This document shows positions 30,042 through 38,379 of a stretch of DNA of 64,000 bases, piece by piece. Position numbers and translations under genes: made by a program. Source of the DNA: Acidimicrobiia bacterium. GTDB taxonomy: Bacteria > Actinomycetota > Acidimicrobiia > Acidimicrobiales > VFJN01. The DNA is taken from the NCBI GenBank assembly GCA_047459075.1, contig VSCH01000005.1:29693-93692 (forward strand), written 5' to 3'. The notes under the pieces are model-generated. The model ran no database searches and had not been told where the DNA came from. It saw only the letters and a program-made list of their open reading frames with translations. Positions within the stretch are counted from its first letter, which is position 1, and each line of letters starts with the position of its first letter.

Positions 30042-32848
30042 CGCCCCGGGTCATCGCCGTGCTCCCCGGCCTCCGGGCCGGCCGGCTCCTCGGCCGCGGG
30101 CCCGACCTCGTCGTCCTCACCGCCGGGGGCCCACGGCGACGGGCCGAACCGGTACGGCGGCCGGCGGGCCAGCAGCACGAGGCCGACGACCCCCGCCAGC
30201 GTCAGCGCGTAGGCCAGGTACTCGACGGGCGTGCGGCCGTAGGTCAGCTCGACCTCGGTGTCGGTGGGGACGACCACCATGAAGTTGGGCGCCACCCGCC
30301 ACGGGCCCTCGGCGCCCGTCGCCCGCCAGTTGGGGAAGTACGAGACCTTCACCAGCACCGGCACGCCGACCTGGTCGACCTCGAAGCGGATGCGCTCGTC
30401 CTCGAAGACGACGTCGCGCACCTCGACCTCCTCCAGCGGCCGGACCTCGGGCACCTCGTCGCGGCCGACGCGCTGCCAGCCCTCCGGCCCCGACTCGGCG
30501 ATCGGGACGTCCCAGCGCTCGGGCTCGTTGAACCAGCGGATCGCCGGCCCGCCGAACCGGCCGTCCTCGTCGTGCGGCAGCTCGACCCAGTCGGCGTGGC
30601 TGCCGTCGAGGCCCTCGACCACGGCGGGCTCGTTGGCGAGCGGCTCGACCAGCGGGCTGTCGGCGACCTCGAAGATCACCCACGGGCCCGACGACGCCAC
30701 CTCCGTGAGGTCCGGGTGCGACCGCGCCTGGGCGACGGCGTTGTCCGAGGTGGCCATGTAGTAGCGGACGCCCATCATCTGCAGGTGGTCGACGCCCTTC
30801 GCGATGTCGAAGTGCCCGTAGGGCAGGTCCCGCTGGGCGGCGCTCGGGTTGGTCGACAGCTCGACCTGCACGAGGAAGTGGAACGGCGTCGTGGCCGACG
30901 CCTCGAAGTACAGGCCCTCCATCGAGCGGATGCAGCCGTCCGTCCAGTGCGGCAGCAGCATGAGCGACATGGGCGTGCCGTAGCTGTCGAGCAGCTCCTT
31001 GTCGTACTCCCAGAAGGCCCGCCCGCAGCCGCGCTGCTCGCCCAGCTCGGCCATCGTCGTGACGACGTCCCGGTACTCGCGGTAGGTCTCCTTCAGCTCG
31101 TAGCCGCTGAAGTTCCACCGCGCCCAGGACGGCACGAAGCTGGCCGGCGTGGCGGTCACCCGCCACGGCGAGAACCGGGGCCATTGGTAGCCGCCCTCGA
31201 TCGCCCGGGTGTAGGGCAGCTGCCCGAGGGGCACGCCGACGACGACGAGGATGACCGCGAGCGCCCCGAGCGCGACCGGCACCCCCGCGGTCACCGGCGC
31301 CCGCCGCGGCCCGCGCACGATGTCGGAGACCGTGCGCACCAGCTCGCTGACGGCCAGGCCGGCCAGCAGCATGGTCGTGAGGTAGTAGAAGGGCAGCAGG
31401 CGGCCGTTCCACAGCCGGCCCTCGGGCAGGACGACGAAGGCCACCCCCGCCCCGAGGGTGGCCAGCGCGAGGAAGATCCCGACCCGCAGCCGCCGGGCCG
31501 CCGCCAGGCCGGTGCCCAGGAGCGCCAGCGCGAACACCCAGCGCAGGTCGACGTCGGGCGTCGCGTACGGCATGAGGTGCTGGCGCCACTCGTCGAAGCG
31601 CGACATCTCGGGGTCGGCGTAGGGCAGCTTCTCCCACCCCATGTCGTTCACGTAGTCGGCCCGCAGGTAGAAGGGCGCGACCCACCACATCGACAGCAGC
31701 CCGCCGACGACCGCCGTCGGCGTGAGCCACCGGACGCTCTCGGAGGTCAGCCACAGCCCGACGGCCAGGGTCGCGAGCCCCAGGCCGGCGACGACCAGGC
31801 CGATCGCCCGGCCGGGCCCGGTGACGGCGCCGGCGAGCGCCGCCCCCGCCGTCAGCGCCCCGGCCCCGACGAGGGCCACCGGGATGCCCGCGCGGGCACC
31901 GGTCGCCGAGGGACGGGACCGCACCACCACCGCCAGCGAGGTGGCGCCGATGGCCCAGAACGCCGGGATGATGTGGCACAGCCCGGTGAGCGCGAGCAGG
32001 ACCGCCGCCAGCGCCCGGTGCCGGCCGGTGGCCAGCCCCCGCAGGACCACCCCGGCGTAGACCAGCGCCAGGCTGAGCGACATGGCGAAGGAGAACTCGC
32101 CCGCCAGGGTCGAGGCGATGTTGCCGCCGTAGATCGAGTAGCCCCGGTAGAAGAGGTAGGGCAGCGTGAATACGGCGAGCACCGCCGGGGTCGGGAAGCG
32201 CGCCCCCGCCAGGCGACCGAAGGCGTAGGCCGCGACCGGCAGGGTGAGGACCCCGCTCACCGACACGAGCTTGAACGCCACCCCGTAGGGCAGGCCCGCG
32301 AACCCGAGCGCCACGACGGCCGCCGCGACCCCGCCCCAGCGCACCGCCGGCCGCCGCCGGCCCCGGACGGCGACCGCCGTCGCCGCGACCGCCACGGCCG
32401 CCGGCCCGAGCGCCGCCCAGCCCTGCGCGCCGGCGTTCACGTACACGATCAGCAGCGCCGGCACGACCATGTAGAACTGGTAGGCGGGGAAGCCGGCGTA
32501 CCAGGCGTCGGACCAGCCGGCGACCTGGCCCTGGGGCAGCAGGTGGTCGCGCAGGTAGGCCGGGCCCCACACGTGCGCCCCCATGTCACCGCCGGCCGGG
32601 ATCGTGTCCTCCACCAGCAGGTCGGGCTGCAGGTGCCACAGCGTGAACAGCACGCAGGCGCCGACGACCAGCAGGTCGACGACGGCCCGGACCGTCCGGG
32701 CGCGCCGGTCCCGCGCCTCCTCGGTCGGGTCGTCGCCGCCGCCGGCCCCGTCCGGCCAGGCCTCGGTGCCGTCACCGGCGTCGTCCGGCTGCACGGCGAC
32801 GGGTGCGGTGTGGTGCGGCGCGGGCACGTCCCGATCGTCCTCCAGCAC
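29966..32848 (-). CDS. 960-aa polytopic membrane protein, GT-C-fold glycosyltransferase candidate (YfhO / PTPS-related-membrane-protein-like)
   Basis: The first extracytoplasmic loop reads GGDMGAHVWGPAYLRDHLLPQGQVAGWSDAWYAGFPAYQFY. I estimate about 14 or more hydrophobic helices, then a roughly 350-aa soluble domain and a final TM. The gene overlaps the GtrA-GT2 gene. Confidence 0.7.
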   Translation of the reverse strand: MLEDDRDVPAPHHTAPVAVQPDDAGDGTEAWPDGAGGGDDPTEEARDRRARTVRAVVDLLVVGACVLFTLWHLQPDLLVEDTIPAGGDMGAHVWGPAYLRDHLLPQGQVAGWSDAWYAGFPAYQFYMVVPALLIVYVNAGAQGWAALGPAAVAVAATAVAVRGRRRPAVRWGGVAAAVVALGFAGLPYGVAFKLVSVSGVLTLPVAAYAFGRLAGARFPTPAVLAVFTLPYLFYRGYSIYGGNIASTLAGEFSFAMSLSLALVYAGVVLRGLATGRHRALAAVLLALTGLCHIIPAFWAIGATSLAVVVRSRPSATGARAGIPVALVGAGALTAGAALAGAVTGPGRAIGLVVAGLGLATLAVGLWLTSESVRWLTPTAVVGGLLSMWWVAPFYLRADYVNDMGWEKLPYADPEMSRFDEWRQHLMPYATPDVDLRWVFALALLGTGLAAARRLRVGIFLALATLGAGVAFVVLPEGRLWNGRLLPFYYLTTMLLAGLAVSELVRTVSDIVRGPRRAPVTAGVPVALGALAVILVVVGVPLGQLPYTRAIEGGYQWPRFSPWRVTATPASFVPSWARWNFSGYELKETYREYRDVVTTMAELGEQRGCGRAFWEYDKELLDSYGTPMSLMLLPHWTDGCIRSMEGLYFEASATTPFHFLVQVELSTNPSAAQRDLPYGHFDIAKGVDHLQMMGVRYYMATSDNAVAQARSHPDLTEVASSGPWVIFEVADSPLVEPLANEPAVVEGLDGSHADWVELPHDEDGRFGGPAIRWFNEPERWDVPIAESGPEGWQRVGRDEVPEVRPLEEVEVRDVVFEDERIRFEVDQVGVPVLVKVSYFPNWRATGAEGPWRVAPNFMVVVPTDTEVELTYGRTPVEYLAYALTLAGVVGLVLLARRPPYRFGPSPWAPGGEDDEVGPAAEEPAGPEAGEHGDDPGRWGAEGDPWEPDEDDPAADPAWRPG

Positions 32849-32887
32849 GCTCAGGCGCTCCGGTGGTGGTCGCGGGCCGCCATGGCG

Positions 32888-33628
32888 TCAGTCCCCGGCG
32901 AGGAGCACCACGACGGCGGTGAGGTTGAACACGACGTGGCAGGCGATGGCGGGCCCCAGACGCCCGGCCCGGTGGGCCAGCAGGCCGAACAGCAGCCCGG
33001 CGGCGGCCAGGCCCGGGAACTGGAGCAGCCCGAAGTGGGCGGCCCCGAAGGCCACCGCCGTCAGCCCGACCCCCCAGGCGGGGCCGGCGGCCCGCACGAG
33101 CGAGCGCTGCAGCAGGCCCCGCCAGAAGATCTCCTCGACGATCGGCGCGCCGACCCCCACGATCAGCACGAGGAGCACGACGCCGAGCGCGCCGTCGGCC
33201 CGGTCGGTGAAGCCCCGGGCCGGCTCGGAGATCTCCTCCGGGGTGATGTCCGTCACCCAGCTCAGGGGCACGTAGACGAGGGCCATGATGGCGAACTGGC
33301 CGACGAGCCCGGCGAGGCCCCCGACGGCCAGGTCGGCCGGCTCGGCCCGCAGCCCCAGCGCCCGCCGCAGGTCGGTGCGCGCCAGCCGGGTGGCCACGAC
33401 GGGCGCGCCGAGCAGGCCCACCCACAGCCCGGTCTGGGCGAACGCCAGCCACGACAGCGGCAGCTCGTCGAACGCGTCCAGCGGGGTGCCGCTCGCCTCG
33501 GCGGCGATGCCGGCGGTCACGCTGCCGCACAGGAGCCCGACCATCCAGCCCACGACGGCGGCGGCGATGCCGAACCGCGGCGGCAGGCGCTCGCCGGGCT
33601 CGGTCGCGATCTGGTCGGGTTCGGCCAC
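32888..33628 (-). CDS. CPBP-family intramembrane glutamic endopeptidase (CAAX protease-like)
   Basis: Motifs EEIFWRG, FGAAH and HVVFN. GTG start at 33628 (VAEPDQIA), 246 aa. Confidence 0.8.
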   Translation of the reverse strand: MAEPDQIATEPGERLPPRFGIAAAVVGWMVGLLCGSVTAGIAAEASGTPLDAFDELPLSWLAFAQTGLWVGLLGAPVVATRLARTDLRRALGLRAEPADLAVGGLAGLVGQFAIMALVYVPLSWVTDITPEEISEPARGFTDRADGALGVVLLVLIVGVGAPIVEEIFWRGLLQRSLVRAAGPAWGVGLTAVAFGAAHFGLLQFPGLAAAGLLFGLLAHRAGRLGPAIACHVVFNLTAVVVLLAGD

Positions 33629-33634
33629 CGGGCC

Positions 33635-33640
33635 AGCGTA
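33635..33640 (-). promoter_or_regulatory. candidate -10 hexamer (TACGCT), leaderless promoter of the CPBP gene/operon
   Basis: TACGCT on the minus strand, 6 nt before the GTG at 33628. Confidence 0.4.
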
Positions 33641-33715
33641 CGTGGCCGGCGACCGCGCTCCGAAGCGCCTGCACGTGCGGGGTGCGACCGTGGCCGGTCG
33701 GCGGGCCCGGCCCCG

Positions 33716-33721
33716 TATCCT
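33716..33721 (+). promoter_or_regulatory. candidate -10 hexamer (TATCCT), leaderless promoter of ftsH
   Basis: TATCCT, 7 nt before the ATG at 33729. No Shine-Dalgarno sequence is present. Confidence 0.45.
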
Positions 33722-33728
33722 GTCCTGC

Positions 33729-35810
33729 ATGAGCCAGCAGCCACCCCCTCCCCCGCCGCCGCCCCCGTCGCCGGGGCGCTCGCGCGGGCCGGGTCCCGGG
33801 GGCCGTGACGGCCAGTCGCCCATGCCGAAGTGGGCCATCTGGGTCCTCGTCGGGGCGCTCGTCGCGATGTTCCTGCTGCCGAGCCTGTTCTCCACCGACT
33901 CCCGCACGAAGATCCCCTACTCCGATCTGCGCGAGAAGGTCGCCGCCGGTCAGGTCGAGGAGATCACCTGGTCGAACGACGGCGGCGACATCGACGGCAC
34001 GCTGACCGACGGCACCGAGTTCAGCTCCAACGGCCCCGTCGAGCCGCCCGAGGAGGACCTGGCGCTCTTCCGCGACCACGACGTCGAGGTCGAGTTCTCC
34101 AACCCGCAGCCGTCCATCCTCGACTCGCTGCTGCCCATCCTGCTGCCGATCGCCTTCTTCATCGGCATCTTCTGGCTGCTCCAGCGCCGGGCCCAGAGCC
34201 AGATGGGCAGCATCATGTCGATCGGGCGCTCCAAGGCCAAGACCTACTCGACCGAGCGGCCCGGCACGACCTTCGCCGACGTGGCGGGCTACGAGGGGGT
34301 CAAGCAGGAGATCAAGGAGGTCGTCGACTTCCTCAAGCACCCCGAGCGGTTCGCCGAGATCGGCGCCCGCATCCCCAAGGGCGTGCTGCTCGTCGGCCCG
34401 CCGGGCACCGGCAAGACCCTCATCGCCCGGGCGGTGGCCGGCGAGGCCGGCGTGCCGTTCCTGTCGGTGACCGGCTCCGACTTCATGGAGATGTTCGTCG
34501 GCGTCGGCGCCAGCCGGGTCCGCGACCTGTTCCAGAGCGCCCGCAAGATGGGCCGGGCGATCATCTTCGTCGACGAGATCGACTCCATCGGCCGCAAGCG
34601 GGGCGCCGGCCTGGGCGGCGGCCACGACGAGCGCGAGCAGACCCTCAACCAGATGCTGTCCGAGATGGACGGCTTCGAGGCCACCGAGGGCATCGTCATG
34701 ATGGCCGCCACCAACCGGCCGGACATCCTCGACCCCGCCCTGCTGCGCCCGGGCCGCTTCGACCGCCAGGTCGTCGTGCCGCTGCCCGAGCTGGCCGACC
34801 GGCGGGCGATCCTCGAGGTCCACTGCAAGTCCAAGCGGCTGGCCGCCGACGTCGACCTCGACCTCGTCGCCCGGGGCACGCCGGGCATGAGCGGCGCCGA
34901 CCTCGCCAACCTCGTCAACGAGGCCGCCCTCTTCGCGGTGCGCGCCGGCCACGACGAGATCCGGGCGGTCGACTTCGAGCAGGCCCGCGACCGGGTGCTG
35001 ATGGGCCAGCGGCGCGAGTCGATGGCGCTGTCCGACGCCGAGAAGGAGGTCATCGCCTACCACGAGGCCGGGCACGCGGTGTGCGCCGCCGTGCTGCCCA
35101 ACGCCGACCCGGTGCACAAGGTGACGATCCTCCCCATCGGCATGGCCCTCGGCGTCACCCAGCAGCTCCCCGTCGACGAGAAGCACATCTACCGGCAGGA
35201 CTACATCGAGGACACGCTGGTCGTGCGCATGGGCGGCCGGTGCGCCGAGGAGCTCGTCTTCGGCGTCATCTCCACCGGCGCCAACAACGACCTGGTCGGC
35301 TCCACCGAGCTGGCCCGCAAGATGGTCGCCGAGTGGGGCATGTCGTCGCGGGTCGGGCCCATGGCCTGGGGCTCGAGCGGGCAGGTCTTCCTGGGCGAGG
35401 ACCTCATCCACACCCGCGACTACTCCGACGAGACGGCCCGGGTCATCGACGAGGAGGTCAACCGCATCCTGCGCGAGCAGGAGGAGCGCTGCCGCCAGCT
35501 CCTGCGGGAGCACCGCCACGCCCTCGACCTGGTCGCCCGGGCGCTGCTGGAGCACGAGACGATCGACGGCAGCGAGGTCACCCGGCTCATCGCCCTGGCC
35601 GCCGAGCGCGAGCGGGCCGGGGCCGGCGCGGGCAACGGGTCCGACGACGGTCGCCCCGCCACCACCGGCTCGGAGGCGCCGTCGTCGACGGCCACCGGCG
35701 ACGAACGGCCGGCCGCCGAGGCCGGTGCCGGCGGCGAGCCCCGCGACGCCGTCCCCGACGAGGCGCTGTCGCGCTCGCCCCGCCAGGCGCCCCCGCCCCC
35801 GCCGACCTGA
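33729..35810 (+). CDS. ftsH: ATP-dependent zinc metalloprotease FtsH
   Basis: 693 aa. AAA module GPPGTGKTL, the SRH, the zinc site HEAGHAV, and two TM helices. An N-terminal run of nine Pro residues. Alternative internal ATG at 33822. Confidence 0.95.
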   Translation: MSQQPPPPPPPPPSPGRSRGPGPGGRDGQSPMPKWAIWVLVGALVAMFLLPSLFSTDSRTKIPYSDLREKVAAGQVEEITWSNDGGDIDGTLTDGTEFSSNGPVEPPEEDLALFRDHDVEVEFSNPQPSILDSLLPILLPIAFFIGIFWLLQRRAQSQMGSIMSIGRSKAKTYSTERPGTTFADVAGYEGVKQEIKEVVDFLKHPERFAEIGARIPKGVLLVGPPGTGKTLIARAVAGEAGVPFLSVTGSDFMEMFVGVGASRVRDLFQSARKMGRAIIFVDEIDSIGRKRGAGLGGGHDEREQTLNQMLSEMDGFEATEGIVMMAATNRPDILDPALLRPGRFDRQVVVPLPELADRRAILEVHCKSKRLAADVDLDLVARGTPGMSGADLANLVNEAALFAVRAGHDEIRAVDFEQARDRVLMGQRRESMALSDAEKEVIAYHEAGHAVCAAVLPNADPVHKVTILPIGMALGVTQQLPVDEKHIYRQDYIEDTLVVRMGGRCAEELVFGVISTGANNDLVGSTELARKMVAEWGMSSRVGPMAWGSSGQVFLGEDLIHTRDYSDETARVIDEEVNRILREQEERCRQLLREHRHALDLVARALLEHETIDGSEVTRLIALAAERERAGAGAGNGSDDGRPATTGSEAPSSTATGDERPAAEAGAGGEPRDAVPDEALSRSPRQAPPPPPT

Positions 35811-35843
35811 CGCCGCCCGGCGCCGGGACCGGGCCGGCCGGGG

Positions 35844-36323
35844 TCAGCCGCCGGCGGTCCCGGGGCTGCCGGGGTGGCCGGGCTCGCAGCCGCCCGCCGG
35901 CAGCGTGCCGGGCTCGCGCAGCTCGGCGACGGTCGCCCACAGGTCGGTGGCGGTGACCGGGCCGAGGAAGGTGGCGCGCACCTCGCCGGCGGCGTCGGCG
36001 ACGACCACCGCGGGGACCGCCTCGATCCTGTAGCGCTCGTGCAGGTGGCGGGCGGCCGAGACCTCGACCTCCTGCACGGCGACGTCGTCGCTGGCCAGCA
36101 TCTGCGCCTTGCTCCACACGCTCGCGCAGGTCGAGCAGGTGGCCGAGGTGAAGACGGCGACGAGCCAGGGGGCCTCGGGTCGGTCGAAGTCGGCCCGGTC
36201 GAGCTGGGCCGGCAGCGCGTAGCCGGTGGGCGCCGGGTCGGCCGGGCGGCGCCGGCGCTCGAGGACCAGCGCCACGACGACGGCGACGGCGACGAGGACG
36301 AGCACCAGCACCAGGCGTTCCAC
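35844..36323 (-). CDS. membrane-anchored thioredoxin-fold protein (CxxC = CSTC)
   Basis: 159 aa from the GTG at 36323. An N-terminal TM (LVLVLVLVAVAVVVALVL) is followed by WLVAVFTSATCSTCASVW and a cis-Pro-like AVPAVVV. It lies downstream of the DUF5719-like gene on the same strand. Confidence 0.65.
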   Translation of the reverse strand: MERLVLVLVLVAVAVVVALVLERRRRPADPAPTGYALPAQLDRADFDRPEAPWLVAVFTSATCSTCASVWSKAQMLASDDVAVQEVEVSAARHLHERYRIEAVPAVVVADAAGEVRATFLGPVTATDLWATVAELREPGTLPAGGCEPGHPGSPGTAGG

Positions 36324-36396
36324 GGGCCGATCGTCGCGCCGGCGCCCGAGGGCCACAAAGCCCGGAGCGCGGCCCGGCCCCCCGGCCGGCCCGGCG

Positions 36397-38379
36397 TCAG
36401 CCCCCGCTCTCGCCGCCCAGCGGGCCCCGCGCCGCCAGCTCGTCCAGCGGCACCGCCCCCTCGCCGACCGGCACCCCGGGGCCGGCCGACCGCCGGCGCC
36501 CGTCGGGCATCCGCACGACCCGCTCGACGACGACCGGCCCGTCCGCCTCGACGACCGCCCAGGCGACCGCCGCGGCCGCCTCGGCGTCGAGCTCGACCAC
36601 CACCTGACCGCCCGGGGGCACGGCGAGCGGCTCGAGGTCGCCGAGGGCGTCACCGGCGCCGTCCCCGCCCCCGACGAGCCGGGCCTCGACGGCGCGGGCC
36701 GGGTCGGGGTTGTGGACGGCGACCTCGACGGCGGCGTCGTCCTCGCCCGCCACGCCGGCGACGTCCGGGAGGTGCCAGGTCGGCGCGGCGACGCGGGCGC
36801 CGAGCGCCACGGTCAGCTCGCTGCGCCGCACGGGGCGCCGGGAGCCGGGCGGGCGGATCTCGGGGCCGCGGTCGACGGTGACCCGCTGGGCGACGACCGG
36901 CACGCCGTTGGTGGATCGGACGATGGTCACGTGGGGCAGGTCGGCCGGGACCCGGTCCTCGGCCCCGAGGTCCACGACCTGGTGACCGCCGGCCCGGATG
37001 CTGAGGCCGAAGGGGGGCGGGACCGGCTGGGGCTCGTCGCCCACCGGCACGACGGACACGTCGACCTCCGCCCGCTCGTCGGTGGGGTTGAAGACGACGA
37101 CCTGCTCGGCGGGGACCGGCTCCTCGGACGGCAGGTCCGGGGCCTCGTCCTCGCCCTCGCCGCCGGCGCCGTCACCGCCCTCGGCCGCGCCGTCCTCCCC
37201 CTCCTCCCCCTCGTCGCGGTCCTGGCCGCCGGGCGGCGGCGTCGCCGGGGACGGGGCCGCGGCCTCACCGGCGGCGAACACCCACGTCGTGCCCGCACCG
37301 GGGGCGCCGGGCGTCAGCGCCATGCCACGCCGGCCGAGCGAGCCGTCGTAGGCCTGCACGTGCTCGACGACGACGCTGCCGCTGCGCACCTCGAGCGTGG
37401 CCGAGACCCGCTCGGCCCGCCGGACGTCGTCGCCGAGGTCGACGCCGACGACGCTGCGGGCGGGCACGGGGAAGCCCTGGAACCGGACGGGCTCCCGGGA
37501 CCCGGACTCGGTCGTGAAGGTCGCGTCGACGATGGCGGGGCTCGGGAAGGGGTTGAACAGCACGACGAGGTCGACCGCGTCGCGGGTGGTGGCGCCCCAG
37601 GCCAGGTGCCACCGGGGCGACGGCGTCGTGCTGCAGGGCGCGGCGTCGGCGCCGTGGCCGCCGGCCACCCGGTGCTCGACCACCACGGCGCCGCCGTCGA
37701 CCTCGACCACCGCCGCGGCGAGCGGGGCGTCGACCACGTCGCCCAGCCGCAACGCCGCCTGGCCGTGCGCCGGCACCGTGAGCTCCTCGACGACCGGCTC
37801 GCCGGCCGGGGCGGGCGCGGGGCCCGCGGCGCGGGCGACGTCCCCGCCGACGACCGTCACGACCGCGGTGCGCCGCTCGTCCGAGGCGTTGGTGACGACC
37901 ACGGTGTGGTCCGCGGTGAGCGTCCGCCGGGCCGGCCCGTCGCCGTCCTCGCCGTCCTCGCCGGCCGCACCGTCCTCCTCGTCGTCCCCCGGCGCCTGCT
38001 CGCCGCCGTCCGCACCGCCGTCCGAGCCACCCTCGTCGAGGCCGTCCTCGTCCGCCTCGTCCCCGGCGCCCGCCGCGGCGGACGCCGCCGGCGACAGCTC
38101 GGCCCCGTCGTCGCGGGCCGTCCCGGCGGCGCAGTACCACGTCGAGCCGCCGTCGCCGGCCGGGGCCACGGGCATCAGGCGGTGGACCGGGCCTGCCCCG
38201 GGGGCCGCCTCGCGAGCGGGCTCGCCGCCCGCCCCGCCCCGGTCGGTCGCCACCCCGGCGAGGAGCAGGCCGCCGAGCGCGAGCAACGCCGGCACCCGCC
38301 GGACGAGGGCGTGGCGGTCGAGGCCGACCCGGGGTCGGCGGCGCCGCCCGCCCCGGACGTGGGCGGGCTCGCCGGTCAC
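36397..38379 (-). CDS. secreted/anchored four-module beta-rich protein with two acidic inserts (DUF5719-like by recollection)
   Basis: 660 aa from the GTG at 38379, with a GTGA overlap onto the upstream GT2 stop. It has a signal-anchor LLALGGLLLAGVA. It contains four tandem modules of about 110 aa, each with a VVVxNPxDxxxxVxV strand and a later VVVE[HR] strand. Confidence 0.7.
   Translation of the reverse strand: MTGEPAHVRGGRRRRPRVGLDRHALVRRVPALLALGGLLLAGVATDRGGAGGEPAREAAPGAGPVHRLMPVAPAGDGGSTWYCAAGTARDDGAELSPAASAAAGAGDEADEDGLDEGGSDGGADGGEQAPGDDEEDGAAGEDGEDGDGPARRTLTADHTVVVTNASDERRTAVVTVVGGDVARAAGPAPAPAGEPVVEELTVPAHGQAALRLGDVVDAPLAAAVVEVDGGAVVVEHRVAGGHGADAAPCSTTPSPRWHLAWGATTRDAVDLVVLFNPFPSPAIVDATFTTESGSREPVRFQGFPVPARSVVGVDLGDDVRRAERVSATLEVRSGSVVVEHVQAYDGSLGRRGMALTPGAPGAGTTWVFAAGEAAAPSPATPPPGGQDRDEGEEGEDGAAEGGDGAGGEGEDEAPDLPSEEPVPAEQVVVFNPTDERAEVDVSVVPVGDEPQPVPPPFGLSIRAGGHQVVDLGAEDRVPADLPHVTIVRSTNGVPVVAQRVTVDRGPEIRPPGSRRPVRRSELTVALGARVAAPTWHLPDVAGVAGEDDAAVEVAVHNPDPARAVEARLVGGGDGAGDALGDLEPLAVPPGGQVVVELDAEAAAAVAWAVVEADGPVVVERVVRMPDGRRRSAGPGVPVGEGAVPLDELAARGPLGGESGG

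Noticed and set aside
30059-33808. 1249-aa plus-strand ORF, together with the similar giants 21333..24644, 32772..35555, 33830..35956, 36226..39255 and 38664..42368
   Set aside because: All are antisense or frame-shifted relative to genes with strong family signatures. All have junk-like Arg/Gly/Pro/Ala composition.
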